64,000 nucleotides of DNA from Malacoraja senta. Taxonomy: Eukaryota. The stretch spans positions 1-64,000 of the forward strand of contig JAXLNO010002534.1 of assembly GCA_038087875.1 (NCBI GenBank), in the 5' to 3' direction. The notes beneath the pieces are model-generated. The model ran no database searches. It saw only the letters and a program-made list of their open reading frames with translations, and was not told the origin of the DNA. Shown in pieces: positions 11,126 through 23,967 of the stretch (positions are counted from its first letter, which is position 1; each line of letters opens with the position of its first letter). Position numbers and translations under genes: made by a program.

Positions 11126-11995
11126 TGCAAACATTTTCTGAGATTTCACGAAATTCCCGCCCCCCCTCCTTCAGCTCCCGGGCTCCTATTGGACTCTGGG
11201 CCCGGGTACGATGTACCCCCTGCACCCCCTTCTCATAGGCCCTGTGTATACGTACGCGTATTCGTGAACAAAATAATGTGTGTGGTATGTACCTTTGTTA
11301 GATTCCTCAAAATAGGCTCAACAAATTGATGTTCTTTACAACCCCTTCATGACCCCCGGAAAACCCCCAAATGACCCCCATGGGGGTCACGACCCCCAGG
11401 TTAAGAACCACTGCTTTGGAGATACAGTGCTGAAACAGGCCCTTCAGCCCACACTAGGGACAATTTACAATTATACCAAGCCAATTTACCTACATCTCAG
11501 AGAAAAGCCACACAGGTTACGGGGAGAACATGCAAACTCCGTACAGTCACCACTCGTAGTCAGGTTCAAACCCGGGTCTCTGGTGCTGCAAGGCAGCAAC
11601 TCGTGTAAGGCCACGATCTCTTGGCTTTGCTTATAGTTATTATCATGTTTTATCTTCTATTGTGTTCTTTTTGCTTATTGCATATAAACAAATGTAAAGC
11701 TGCACATAAGGTTGGATCTTTTCGAGGCCCGAGCTGTCCCATCTTTTACCACAAAAGTGCTTCCTATATTTAGAGAAACATAGATATAATAAGGCTCACC
11801 CCTCATGGGCATTGAAGGCTTTCTCTAAAATATGGAGACCATTAAGCTGTTCACTGCCAAGTTTATTTTTCACTATTGGCCATGACCCCTAGTGTACTCG
11901 GCGGTGGCATTGAACAGGTTAAAGATATCCAGTGATTGAACAGGTTAAAGATATCCAGTGATGTGTAGCTGCGCTACCTTTCCTTGGTATTTTTA

Positions 11996-12694
11996 AGGGC
12001 CTGTCCCACTTACGTGTCCTTGGCACACAAATTATGTGACCTCGTGGTCGCGTTGAGGCGCACGGGCATCATATGGCCGCGCGGGGCCGGTCCCACTTGG
12101 AGGGGCCGGTCCCACTTGGAAGCGCGGAGGGGTATGTAGTTGTGCGCGACATTGCGCGGGGCTCCGATAATTTTGTAGTGAACGAAATCTTCGCGCGCCA
12201 AGGCATGTCGCGAACTGACGGCCAAAGTGGGACAGGCCCAAGACCCTGGCGCGACGCAAAGTCTCACTTTCAACAGGAGCAGAAGCAGGCAAACGATCGC
12301 CGAACTCGGCCTGGGGCTCACGGCCGTTGTGGTATAGATCCGCCCCCACTTCTACTCCCAGAGCGGGGCCAAGAAAATTGAAGATAGACACGAAATGCAG
12401 GAGTAACTCAGCGGGACCGGCAGCAACTCTGGAGAGAAGCAATGGGTGATGTTTTGGGTCAAGACCCTTCTTTTCAGACTGAAGAAGAGTCTCGACATGA
12501 AACATCATCCATTCCTTCTCTCCAGAGATGCTACCGATCCTGCTGAGTTACTCCAGCTTCGTGTCCATCTTCAAATGACGTCACACGCTCCAGACGGCTG
12601 TGCGTACGCATGTAATTGCGCCCGACCTTCGCCGGACCATCGCGGCTCAACGCGTAATTTGCGTGCCAAGGACACGTAAGTGGGACAGGCCCCT
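11996..12694. mobile_element. PIF/Harbinger-like MITE
   Basis: About 35-bp TIRs (AGGGCCTGTCCCACTTACGTGTCCTTGGCAC / GTGCCAAGGACACGTAAGTGGGACAGGCCCCT) and a TTA TSD. An extra internal GTGGGACAGGCCC lies at about 12227-12239. Confidence 0.82.
12377..12576. repeat. Head-to-head inverted pair of hammerhead-bearing short repeats
   Basis: The ~100-bp arms meet at ..CCCTTCTTTTCAGACTGAAGAAG.. Confidence 0.8.
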
Positions 12695-13271
12695 TTACTT
12701 AGATGATTCATTCCCTCTGGCATTGATTGATGAATCAAAGTGGGGGGGGGGGGTGATGGAATTTGTAAGGATTTGCTGAAGTCAGTTTGCTTAAAACTGC
12801 TCACTCCTTGAAAAGGAGAGTCTGTGAACTTTAGCCCAGAGACAAAGAACAGTTTGTGAACTCAAGGTTATAATTGATAAAGATCTAGGCACAACTGTGA
12901 ACAACAACCCTTTATTAGGATGAAGGTAATGAGCTAATGGGACCATGCGTAATAAGGAAGGGTCAAAACTTGGATGATGTTTTCATTACAATAAGAAACT
13001 CTACAAACAATGATAGCTGAATAAAAAATAATTATGTTGTATAGATGAAGAGCCTTCTTTTCAAGCTGCTTTCTGCAGTCTTTTAGTTGTTCTGCAGATC
13101 CTGTACGTTCTCTCGTCTTCGTGTTTTTCAAAAAACACCACAAATAGCTAATTTGTATACTAATTATAGGCACAGGAGTAGGCCGTTCGGCCATTCGAGC
13201 CAGCACCGCCATTCAATATGATCATGCCTGCATCTAGAATCAGTACCTCAATCGGTACCCCATTCCTGCTT

Positions 13272-15098
13272 TTAGAAACATAGAAAATAGGTGCAGGAGT
13301 AGGCCATTCGGCCCTTCGAGCCTGCATCACCATTCAATATGATCATGGCTGATCATCCAACTCAGTATCTTGTACCTGCTTTCTCTCCAAACCCCCTGAT
13401 CCCTTTAGCCACAAGGGCCACATCTAACTCCCTCTAAAATATAGCCAATGAACTGGCCTCAACTACCTTCTGTGGCAGAGAATTCCAGAGATTCACCACT
13501 CTCTGTGTAAGAAATGTTTTTCTCATCTCAGTCCTAAAAGATTTCCCCTTGATCCTTAAACTGTGACCCCTTGTTCTGGACTTCCCCATCATCGGGAACA
13601 ATCTTCCTGCATCTAGCCTGTCCAACCCCTTAAGAATTTTGTAAATTTCTATAAGATCCCCCCCCCCTCAATCTTCTAAATTCGAGCGAGTACAAACCGA
13701 GTCTATCCAGTCTTTCTTCATATGAAAGTCCTGACATCCCAGGAATCAGTCTGGTGAACCTTCTCTGTACTCCCTCTATGGCAAGAATGTCCTTCCTCAG
13801 ATTAGGAAACCAAAACTGTATGCAATACCCCAGGTGTGGTCTCACCAAGACCTTGTACAACTGCAGTAGAACCTCCCTGCTCCTATACTCAAATCCTTTT
13901 GCTATGAATGCTAACATACCATTTGCTTTCATCGCTGCCTGCTGCACCTGCATCCCTACTTTCAATGACTGGTGTACCATGACACCCAGGTCTCGTTGCA
14001 TCTCCCCTTTTCCTAATCGGCCACCATTCAGGTAACAGTCTACTTTCCTGTTTTTGTCACCAAAGTGGATAACCTCACATTTATCCACATTATACTGCAT
14101 CTTCCATGCATTTACCCACTCACCCAGCCTATCCAAGTCATCTTGCAGCCTCCTAGCACCCTTCTCACAGCTAACACTGCCCCCCAGCTTCGTGTCATCC
14201 GCAAACTTGGAGATGTTGCATTCAATTCCCTCGTCCAAATCATTAATATTTATTGTAAATAGCTGGGGTCCCAGCACTGAGCCTTGCGGTAACCCACTAG
14301 TCACTGCCTGCCATTCTGAAAAGGACCCGTTTACTCCTACTCTTTGCTTCCTGTTTGCCAGCCAGTTCTCTATCCACATCAATATAGAACTCCCAATACC
14401 GTGTGCTTTAATTTTATATATTAATCTCGTATGTGGGACCTTGTCGAAAGCCTTCTGAAAGTCCAGATATAACACATCCACTGGTTCTCCCTTATCCACT
14501 CTACTAGTTACATCCTCGAAAAATTCTATAAGATTCGTCAGACATGATTTACCTTTCATAAATCCATGCTGACTTTGTCCAATGATTTCACCATTTTCCA
14601 AATGTGCTGCTATCCCATTTTTAATAACTGACTCTAGCAGTTTCCCCACTACCAATGTTAGACTAACTGGTCTGTAATTCCCCGTTTTCTCTCTCCCTCC
14701 CTTTTTAAAAAGTGGGGTTACATTATCTACACTCCAATCCTCAGGAATTACTCCAAAATCTAAAGAGTTTTGAAAAATTATCACTAATGGATCCACTATT
14801 TCTGGGGCTACTTCCTTAAGTACTCTGGGATGCAGCCTATCTGGCCCTAGGGATTTATCGGCCTTTAATCCATTCAATTTACCGAACACCACTTCCCGGC
14901 TACCTGGATTTCACTCAGATCCTCCATCTCATTTGACCCCCGGTCCCCTGCTATTTCCGGCAGATTAATTAAGTCTTCCTTAGTGAAGACAGAACCAAAG
15001 TAGTTATTCAATTGGTCTGCCATGTCCTTGTTCCCCATGATCAATTCACCTGTTTCTGACGGCAAGGGACCTACATTTGTTTTAACTAATCTTTTCCC
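13272..15098 (-). mobile_element. CR1/HER1-like LINE, 5'-truncated, RT domain largely intact
   Basis: ORF 13630-14892 contains NYRPVSLT, QHGF, YLDFQKAFDKVPH, GLPQGSVLGP and KFADDTK. A frameshift at a C-run leads into the 3' end and tail. Confidence 0.93.
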
Positions 15099-15961
15099 CA
15101 TATCCCTTGATTCCTTTAGCCTTAAGAGCTAAATCTAACTCTCTCTTGAAAGTACGTTGTTTAGATAAGAGCCTTCTTTTCAAGCTTCTTTCTGCGGTCT
15201 TTTAGTTGTGCTTTGCAGATGCTTTAGTTTGTCTCGTCTTCTCTCTGCTGAATATGTAACAACTGCAAGCTGTGAATAACAAAATATCCTTGAAAACTAA
15301 CACTGGACTGCGAGTGTGAGTACAAAGCATGTTCTAATGTGACCCAACTTCAGTCTGAAGTAGGATCCTCACCTGAAATATCTGCCTTCCCATGTTTTCC
15401 AAAGATGCCGCTTGACCCGTTGAGTTCCTCAGCACTTTGTGTGTGGAGGAAAGCAGCCTCTGCTCTTCCTTTCATCTACAATTGTTAAATAGTTCAATCC
15501 AGACAATTAGTTCAATTTTACACTGTTGACTAAAATGAGAAAGAAGGCAATTCAAGGATAAATAACTACCCATAATTCCATGTGACAGAGAAAGAGGCCT
15601 TTCAGCCTCCTGAGCCCACTCTAGCCCAGAGAACAAAACCATTCCAACACTAATTCACCCCAAAACGGTTCTTTCTCATTCCACAAATCCACCTATTTGC
15701 AGCGGTGGCTTAATCTACTAATTCAGCACATTTTGGTATGTGGGAGGAAACTGGAGAACAAACATTGTCACAGGGAGAATGCTTATACTCCACACAGACT
15801 GCACTGGAGATGATTAAACCCGGATCACTAGAGCTGTGAGGCAGCAGCGCTCTGCTATAAAGCAGTCATAGAGAGTCACACAGCAGGGAAACAAGCCCTT
15901 TGGCCCAACTTGTCCAAGCTAATCAAGATACCCCATTTAAGCTAGTCCCATTTACCCTGCT

Positions 15962-16478
15962 ATGGGTAGACATCATTCGAAACGTTTCTCTCTAGATGTC
16001 AGCTGCTCTACATCGGTGAGACCAAGCGCAGGCTTGGCGATCGTTTCGCCGAACGCCTCCGCTCGGTTCGCAACAACTAACCTGATCTCCCGGTGGATCA
16101 GCACTTCAACTCCCCCCTCCCATTCCAAATCCGACCTTTCTGCCCTCGGTCTCCTCCATGGCCAGAGTGAGGACCACCGTAAATTGGAGGAGCAGCACCT
16201 CATTTTTCGCTTGGGCAGTTTACACCCCAGCGGTATGAACATTGACTTCTCTAATTTCAGGTAGTTCTTGCTTTCTCCTCCCCTTCTCAGCTCTCCCTCA
16301 GCCCACTGGCTCCACCTCTTCCTTTCTTCTTCCTGCGCCCACCCCCCCACTCCCCCCCCCTCCCTCCCCCACCCTCACATCAGTCTGAAGAAGGGTTTTC
16401 GGCCCGAAACGTTGCCTATTTCCTTCGCTACATAGATGCTGCCTCACCCGCTGAGTTTCTCCAGCACTTTTATCTACC
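15962..16478 (+). mobile_element. Penelope-like 3' fragment with tail
   Basis: GIY-YIG C-terminus (IGETKRRLGDRFAE..LEEQHLIFRLGSLHPSGMNIDFSNFR) followed by the hammerhead tail. Confidence 0.88.
16381..16416 (+). ncRNA. Minimal hammerhead ribozyme motif at Penelope 3' end
   Basis: CAGTCTGAAGAAGGGTTTTCGGCCCGAAACGTTGCC, with an intact core. Confidence 0.72.
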
Positions 16479-18606
16479 TATGCATGTCCCTGTCCATGTG
16501 TCTTTTAAATATTGTTATTGTACCTGCCGCAACTCCATTCTCTGGCAGGTCATTCCATATGCTGACCACTCTCTGAGCACAAAGTTTGCCCCCAAGTTCC
16601 AATTAAATCTTCCCCCTCTCACATTAAACCCATGTCCTCTGGTTATTTTATTCCCCTTCTCTGGGTAAAAGGCTCTGGGCATACGGTCTATCAATTCCCC
16701 TCATGATTTTAAGCACCCCTATATGATCACCCCTCAGCCTCCTGTGCTCCATGGAATAAAGCCCTGGCTTGCCCAATCTCTCCCTCTTGTTCACACCCTT
16801 GAGCCCCGACAATATGCTCATAAATCTCATAAACATAACAATGTTGCAGATAATATGTGCACCATAAATAATGCAAATAAAAAAAATATTTTTGAAGGCA
16901 ATATGATTCAATAAACATGGTTCAATGAATCAGATGATAATCTAATAAACGTCATTCACATGTATTCACATATAATTTGAAAATAATAATAAATATTGCA
17001 AGATATGGAAAATTGATAGAAAGTATGCCCAGTGCATAATATTTTGATGTATTGTTCCCTGTTAGTTCCCTCACCCTGTTTTAGTCCAGTTAAAGATTAA
17101 TAATATAATTTATTTAATGTGTAACCGAAGAGGTAACAAAAAGCAATGTTTTCAGCAATAATTAATCATGAATGAATGACACTTTATTGTGACATGTGAC
17201 AAGTCACAGTGAAAGTCTTTGTTTTGTAAACCCAACGTATGTCAAGATTCTTCACATAAAGGGCACCGACAAAGTTATAAAGTCTCCCACACCAGGTCCT
17301 CCTTTGTCCCCCACCTCACGATGGTCCCCTCATGCCTAGTCCTGCTTTGTTCAATGGTACACTACGAATGTCATTGAATTAACACAGTAATGGTGATAGG
17401 ACTTATTGATTTACAATATAAAACATGTTCAATTGCAAATTATATGGATATACAAGTGTGGTGCAGATGGATTTGGACAGCTTACTTTACAATTGGTGCC
17501 CAAGATAATTTAGAGATATAGCACGAAAACAGCCCTTAGAGTCCACAGTGACCAGTGATCCCCTTTGGCATACAGGCTTGGAGTGTGGGAGGAAACCGGG
17601 GCACCCGGGGAAATCCCACGCAGGTCACGGGGAGTACGTACAAACTCTGTACAGACAGCACCTGAGGCCAGGATCAACCCTGGGTCTCTGGCACTACGGC
17701 AGCATCACTACGGCTGAACCACAATGCCATTTAGGTTATCCTTTAAATATTTCACACAACTTTTCATTCAAAATTTGTCAATAAAAGTAAAAACAATTGG
17801 TGAGGTACGCAAGGGATTTTAACCATTCAAAAAGCCACCAACATTTCAATGATTTGTAAAATGCTGGAACACACAGCAGGTTCAACAGAACCTATGGAAA
17901 GAGAAACAAAATTAATGCTTCAGAATTGTGAGAATGTGTAAGTTACAGACAGGAGTGGGAGGCATGGTTGGACATAGGGAGTATCACTGATAAGGTAATG
18001 ACAGGTTTCCATGGTGATAAACTGACAATGAAGCCATCAGACAATGGCATTTTTGGTTTTTATTTCACATTTGCAGCATCTGCAGTTCTTAGGTTAGTGA
18101 CTTAGCATGGAAACGGGCCATTCTGCCCACCAATTCCATGCCAACCATCGATCATCTTTCACACTAGTTCTATGTTATCCCAAAATGGACACAAAATGCT
18201 GGAGTAAGTCAGGGGAACACTCTGTCTGAGGAAGGGTCTTGACCTGAAAAGTCATCCATTCCTTGTATCCAGAGATGCTGCCTGTCCCGCTGAGTTACTC
18301 CAGCACATTGTGCCTATCTTTGCTGTAAACCAGCACCTTCAGTTCCTTCCTACACATGTATGTAATCCCACTTTCTCACCCATTCTCAGCACACAAGAGT
18401 AATTTACAGAGCCCAATTAACCTACAAACTCTCACGTTTTCAAGATATGGGACGAAACCGGAGCACCTGGAGGAAATATCTGTGGTCACAGGGAGAACGT
18501 GTAGTCAGGATCAAACCTGGGTCTCTGGCACAGCGAGAAATTTCTTTGAGGTGTTTTTTTATGAACATTGATCACACTCCAAATGTATAGAAATGAATGA
18601 ACTAAC

Positions 18607-18867
18607 TTGCTGTTTCGTTCTGCCTCCGCATCCATTCATCGACTTGCCCTTTGATGATTCCATGGAAACCAGTTTCAGAAACCGTATTTGTTACCCAGTA
18701 ATTCCTGTCAAATGCAGCCGCCATCCATTTCTGTCTTGGAACTGTAATTACCATGTTTTTGTCATAATACTGTATCTCACAAACGTCCAGTACACCCACG
18801 ACACTATATTCTGGTAGATGAGTACTCCCGTGGTTCAGGGTGTAGTAATAGATCAGTGTGTGATGCC
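18607..18867 (-). CDS. MHC class I heavy chain, exon 2 (alpha1 domain)
   Basis: 261-bp phase 1-1 exon with acceptor tttctttgtttctAG|GG and donor GCAA|GTTAGT. Encodes GHHTLIYYYTLNHGSTHLPEYSVVGVLDVCEIQYYDKNMVITVPRQKWMAAAFDRNYWVTNTVSETGFHGIIKGQVDEWMRRQNETA, with class I hallmarks H3, Y7, LPE, VG..D, PR..WM, YW and the N86 glycosylation sequon (NET). Confidence 0.93.
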
Positions 18868-19236
18868 CTAGAAACAAAGAAAATAATACAATTATTGTCA
18901 AGTAATAGAAATTTCTATGGATAGGAAAGGTTTGGAGGGAAATCGGCAAAACACCAATTGGATTTACATTGCACTAAACATGATATCATTTACCCTGTAT
19001 CTATAGATTGTGAACGGCTTCATTGTAATGTAGTCTTTTCACTGACTGGATAGCACACAAGAAACATTTTCACTGCAAAACAGTACACGTGACATTAATA
19101 ATAAATTAAACTAAGCTAAAATATAGATAGGTGGGTCAAGGGTAGATGGGGCATCTTGGCTGGCATAGATAAGCTGGGCTGAAGGGCCTGTTTCTATGCT
19201 GTACATGATTCTAGATGTCAAGCTTACTTAGATTAT

Positions 19237-19527
19237 TTTAGTTTAGTTTAGAGATACAGTGTGGAACAGGCCCTTCAGCACGAGTCCACACAGATCCCCG
19301 CACATTAACACAATCCTACACACGAAGGACAATTTACATTTATATCAAGCCTATTAACCTACAAACCTGTACGTCTTTGGAGTGTGGGAGGAAACCGAAG
19401 ATCTTGGCGAAGACCCACTGGTCATGGGGAGAATGTACAAACTCCGTACAGACAGCACCCATAGTCAGGATCGGACCCGGGGCTCTGACACTTTAAGGCA
19501 GCAACTCTATCGCTGCCCCACCGTGCC
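19237..19527 (-). mobile_element. HE1-like SINE
   Basis: Full-length reverse copy with a (GTTTA)n tail. Confidence 0.87.
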
Positions 19528-20380
19528 GTGGCTGAAGTCTCAAGAAGGGTTTCGGCCCGAAACGTTGCCTATTTCCTTCGCTCCATAGATGCTGCTGCAC
19601 CCGCTGAGTTTCTCCAGTATTTTTGTGTACCTTCGATTTTCCAGCATCTGCAGTTCCTTCTTAAACACTGTTCCAATGCTATATCTCTATATCATCTTGA
19701 GCTGCAATATACAGTAAGTTGTCCAAATCGGATTGCACCATGCCAGTACATCAAGAGCAGACTCTAAAAATATCAATGTAACATTTAACTTCTGCTTTGA
19801 TATGACCTCCTGGTGACTTGTTCACCACATCCCCCTTTGTCAGGGAGTTCCCCAATCATCTCACTGGAGAGGCCCCACATTCACACTTACTCAAATACCA
19901 CACATTTCCTGCTAGACTAGTTTTTCAACTGTTTACTCTCACAGTCTGCCCTGTGAACATGCAGAAATTAACATCACAAAACATCAGGATTGAACAACTC
20001 ATTATCAACCTTAGACACAGAGTGCTAAAGTATCTCAGCGAGACTGGCAGCATCTCTGGAGAAAAAGGCTGGATGACACTTCGTGTCAGGACCCTACTTC
20101 AGTCTCAAGCAGGATTAGTCTGAAGAAGGGTCCCAACCCGATACATCAGTCTGAAGAAGGATCCCAACCTGAAGCTTCACCCAGCATTACCCATCCTTTA
20201 TCTACAGAGATGCTGTAGAACGCCTCTGACCCGTTGAGTTACTCCAGCACTTTGTGACTCTCTTTGGTACAAACCAGCATCTGCAGTTCGTTGTTTCTAC
20301 ATCATTATCTATCTCTTTGAGAAAGCGTTCCCATAGAATTTGCATCCTAACAAAATAAGATCACACAAAGTTACCAATAA

Positions 20381-20705
20381 GGGCGGCACAGTGGCACAGT
20401 GGTAGAGTTGCTGCCTTACAGTGTTTGCAGTGCCAGAGACCCGGTTTCAATCCTGACTATGGGTGTTGTCTGTACGGAGTTAGTACGTTCTCCCCGTGAC
20501 CTGCGTGGATTTTCGCTGAGATCTTCGATTTCTTCCCACACTCCAAAGACGTACAGGAATGTAGGTTAATTGGCTTGATGCATGTGTCAAATTGTCCCTC
20601 GTGTGCATAGGATAGTGTTGGTGTGCGGGTTAGTCGCTGGTCGGTGCAGACTTGGTGGGCTGAAAGGCCTGTTTCCGTGCTGTGTATCTAAATTAAAAAA
20701 CTAAA
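20381..20705 (+). mobile_element. HE1-like SINE
   Basis: Full-length copy. Confidence 0.87.
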
Positions 20706-21984
20706 GAACCTATTTTACATATCTCACTTCCTTTGGTTCACGCAGTGTTCTCTCTGGTGTAGACTGCTTGAGCCATTTTAAGTGCTTATTCTGGCTAATA
20801 GAGATAGCAACATGAAAACCACAGAAAGAATCTTAAAATAAACTGAATCCTGCAGCATATAAACAGGCCCTTTTGCCCAATCTTGTCTATGCTGACCGAG
20901 ATGTTTATCTACAATTACATGAATTACGCCCTTATCCCTCCCTGACTTTCCTACCAAAAGTCCAAATGCTTTATAGACATTGTGATTATGTCTGCCTCTA
21001 CCATCTCCCCTGCAGCTCATTCCAGATAACTACTGTGGTGAGAAACGTCTGCTCAGATCCCCTTGACATTTCTCTCCCATCACCTTAAACCTCCAGTTCT
21101 AGTCTCCACTGCCCTGGGAAAGAGACAGTTACTCTCTATACTATCTATACCCCAAAGATAGACACAAAATGCCGGACGGAGTAACTCTGCAGGGCAGGCA
21201 GTATTTATGAAGAGAAGGAATGGATGATGTTTAGAAACGTCACTCATTCCTTCCCTCCAAAGATGCTGCCTGTCCTGCTGAGATACTCCAGCATTTTATG
21301 TTGGTCTTCGGTGTAAACCAACATCTGTTAATCCTTCCTGAAGAAGGATGTCGACCCAAAATGTCACCCATTCCTTCTCTCCAGTGATGCTGCCTGTCCC
21401 ACTGAGTTACTCCAGCTTTTTACATCTGTCTTCGGTGTAAACCAGCATCTGTAGATCCTTCCTGAAGAAGGGACAACCCGAAAAGGTCTCGACCCGAAAT
21501 ATCACCTATTCCTTCTCTCCAGTGATGCTGCCTGTCCCACTGAGTTACTCCAGCTTTTTGTGTCTTTCTTCGGTTTAAACCAGCATCTGCAGATCCTTCC
21601 GACACAATCTATAGCCCTCATTATTTCACTCCTGCATTCTAGTGAGAATAAATGCAGCCTATCCAATCTCTTCACATAACACCAGACCTCTATTCCAGGC
21701 AACAACCTGGCAAAACCCTTCTGCACTATTTTTTATGCCATCACATCCTTTTTAGTTTAGAGATACATTGCAGAAACAGGCCCTTCGGCCCACGCTGACC
21801 AGTGATCCCCACACAGTAACGTTAGTAGTGGAGTGACCAGAACTCTACACAATACTCCATGTGCAGCCTAACCAATGTTTTGTTTGATTTCTCAACTCAT
21901 ATACTTGATGCCAGAGTCTATTCAGTTATACAGGGCCCTGGTGAGACTGCACCTGGAGTATTTTGTGCAGTCTTACATAGATAC

Positions 21985-22745
21985 ATAGATACATAGAAAA
22001 TAGGTGCAGGAGTAGGCCATTCGGCCCTTCGAGCCTGCACCGCCATTCAATATGATCATGGCTGATCATCCAACTCAGTATCCCGTACCTGCCTTCTCTC
22101 CATACCCCCTGATCCCTTTAGCCGCAAGGGCCACATCTAACTCCCTCTTAAATATAGCCAATGAACTGGCCTCAACTACCCTCTGTGGCAGAGAGTTCCA
22201 GAGATTCACCACTCTCTGTGTGAAAAAGTTTTTTCTCATCTCGGTCTTAAAGGATTTCCTCCTTATCCTTAAGCTGTGACCCCTTGTCCTGGACTTCCCC
22301 AACATCGGGAACAGTCTTCCTGCATCTAGCCTGTCCAACCCCATAAGAATTTTGTACGTTTCTATAAGATCCCCTCTCAATCTCCTAAATTCTAGCGAGT
22401 ATAAGCCAAGTCTATCCAGTCTTTCTTCATATGAAAGTCCTGACATCCCAGGAATCAGTCTGGTGAACCTTCTCTGCACTCCCTCTATGGCTATAATGTC
22501 CTTCCTCAGATTTGGAGACCAAAACTGTACGCAATACTCCAGGTGTGGTCTCACCAAGACCCTGTACAACTGCAGTAGAACCTGCCTGCTCCTATAGTCA
22601 AATCCTTTTGCTATGAAAGCTAACATACCATTTGCTTTCTTCACTGCCTGCTGCACCTGCATGCCTACTTTCAATGACTGGTGTACCATGACACCCAGGT
22701 CTCGCTGCATCTCCCCTTTTCCTAATCGGCCACCATTTAGATAAT
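21985..22745 (-). mobile_element. CR1/HER1-like LINE 3' fragment
   Basis: ORF 22075-22710 (RPHLEYCVQFWSP) and a (TACATAGA)n tail. Confidence 0.92.
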
Positions 22746-22749
22746 AAGG

Positions 22750-23285
22750 TCTTGGTCACCTAGTTTGAAGAAGGACATTCTTGCTATTGAAGGAGTGCAG
22801 CAAAGTTCACCAGGTTAATTCCCAGGATGGCAGGACTGACATATAATAAAAGAATGAATCGACTGGGCTTATATTCACTGGAATTCAGAAGGATGAGAGG
22901 GCATCAGATAGAAACAGAATACTAATAAGGGATTTGACAGACTAGATGCAGGAAAAATATTCTCAATGTTGGGGGAGTCCAGAACCAGGGGTCACAGTTT
23001 ACGAATAAGGGGTAGGCCATTTAGGATTGAGATGGGGAAAAACCTTTTCACCCAGAGTGTTGTGAATCTGTGGAATTCTCTGCCACAGAAGGCAGCAGAG
23101 ACCAATTCACTGAATGTATTCAAGAGAGAGTTAGCTCTTAGGGTTAACGAAATCAAGGGATATGGGGAGAAAGCAGGAACAGGGTACTGATTCTGGTTGA
23201 TCAGCCATGACCAGATTGAATGGTGGTGCTGGCTTGAAGGGCCAAATGGCCTACTCCTGCACCAATTTTATATGTTTCTATGTCT
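22750..23285 (+). mobile_element. CR1-like LINE 3' fragment (older)
   Basis: ORF 22966-23190 GESRTRGHSLRIRG, followed by a CR1 3'UTR. Confidence 0.85.
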
Positions 23286-23967
23286 AAGTGGACAAGCATG
23301 CCAAAGTGCATTCTTTGCTTTCCTGTCTACCCTTGTCGGCATTTTCAGGTATCAATGAACTTGCAACCCAAGGACACTCTGTATATTAACACCCCTCAGG
23401 TTCTTACCGTTTATGTCCTACCAGAACATGACATGCCGACACGCACAACTTCACACATGTCTGGATTACATTCCTTCTGTTATTGCTCCATCCAGCTCTC
23501 TAGCTAATCTGTATCCCACTGGATCCATAGACAACCTTCTTCAATGTACATGTCATCTGCAAACCTACTAATCAAACCACCAATATTCACATCCACATCA
23601 TATATACTATCCACTGCAAAACATAAAGGGCTGCAGGGACTCAGCAGGTCAGGTAATATCTGGAGGGATTTTATCCCTGCCAAAAATAAACATTATTCAG
23701 AATAATGAAATATATACAAAACAAGAACAGTGCAAACAACATTTCTGCCATTCTCGGTGTCCACACATGGATTAATTACAGTTATTTTTGGTTGTGTTCA
23801 CAAACTATCCTTATCTCAAGCACCCTTGCCACTTGTATAGCCCTCCTGGGTTAATAGCCCTTCCCTTGTTTGAGGGGCGTCTTCACCAGTTGCAGCCCCC
23901 CAATGTATTGCCACGAAGGACCCTAGACTGTAGACCTCCACTGAGCCTTGGTGTTGGCTGCAACAAG

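Larger units (their letters stand above)
8421..11244 (-). mobile_element. Nested hAT (Tip100/ZMYM1-type) element with transposase C-terminal remnant
   Basis: Perfect 8-bp TSD TGTATACG at 8413-8420 and 11245-11252. TIRs CAGGGCCTGAGAG / CTCATAGGCCCTG. The minus strand at about 9715-8890 translates, with lesions, to PLDLLNLL..LFPNVCVSFRILSTIPATVASAE.SFSKLKLIKNYLRSTMS..LSIES.IAR..KKARK. Confidence 0.85.
6495..11413 (-). mobile_element. hAT (Buster/Charlie-type) DNA transposon with frameshifted transposase
   Basis: TIRs CAGTTGTTCTTAACC / GGTTAAGAACCACTG. Degenerate 8-bp TSD TATTAGAG / CTTTGGAG. Transposase segments: PQCVLC..MKPSKL near 8250-8310, HCMIHRHALAMK (7225-7803) and the dimerisation domain CEGGFSTMVTLKTKVRNRL (6619-7206). 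Confidence 0.9.

Noticed and set aside
20778-20858. Signal-peptide-like ORF end (MLQDSVYFKILSVVFMLLSLLARIST) about 2 kb upstream of alpha1
   Set aside because: It has no GT donor in phase 1 before the stop. The 47445-47517 exon has a consensus donor, the correct phase and a promoter module.
21157-21600. Repeated units resembling a CRISPR array
   Set aside because: This is vertebrate DNA, the units are over 100 bp with no unique spacers, and there are no cas genes. They are Penelope-tail repeats.
21985-23285. Back-to-back CR1 fragments as one 5'-inverted insertion
   Set aside because: Both pieces carry their own 3' tail and differ in subfamily and divergence, so they are two independent insertions.
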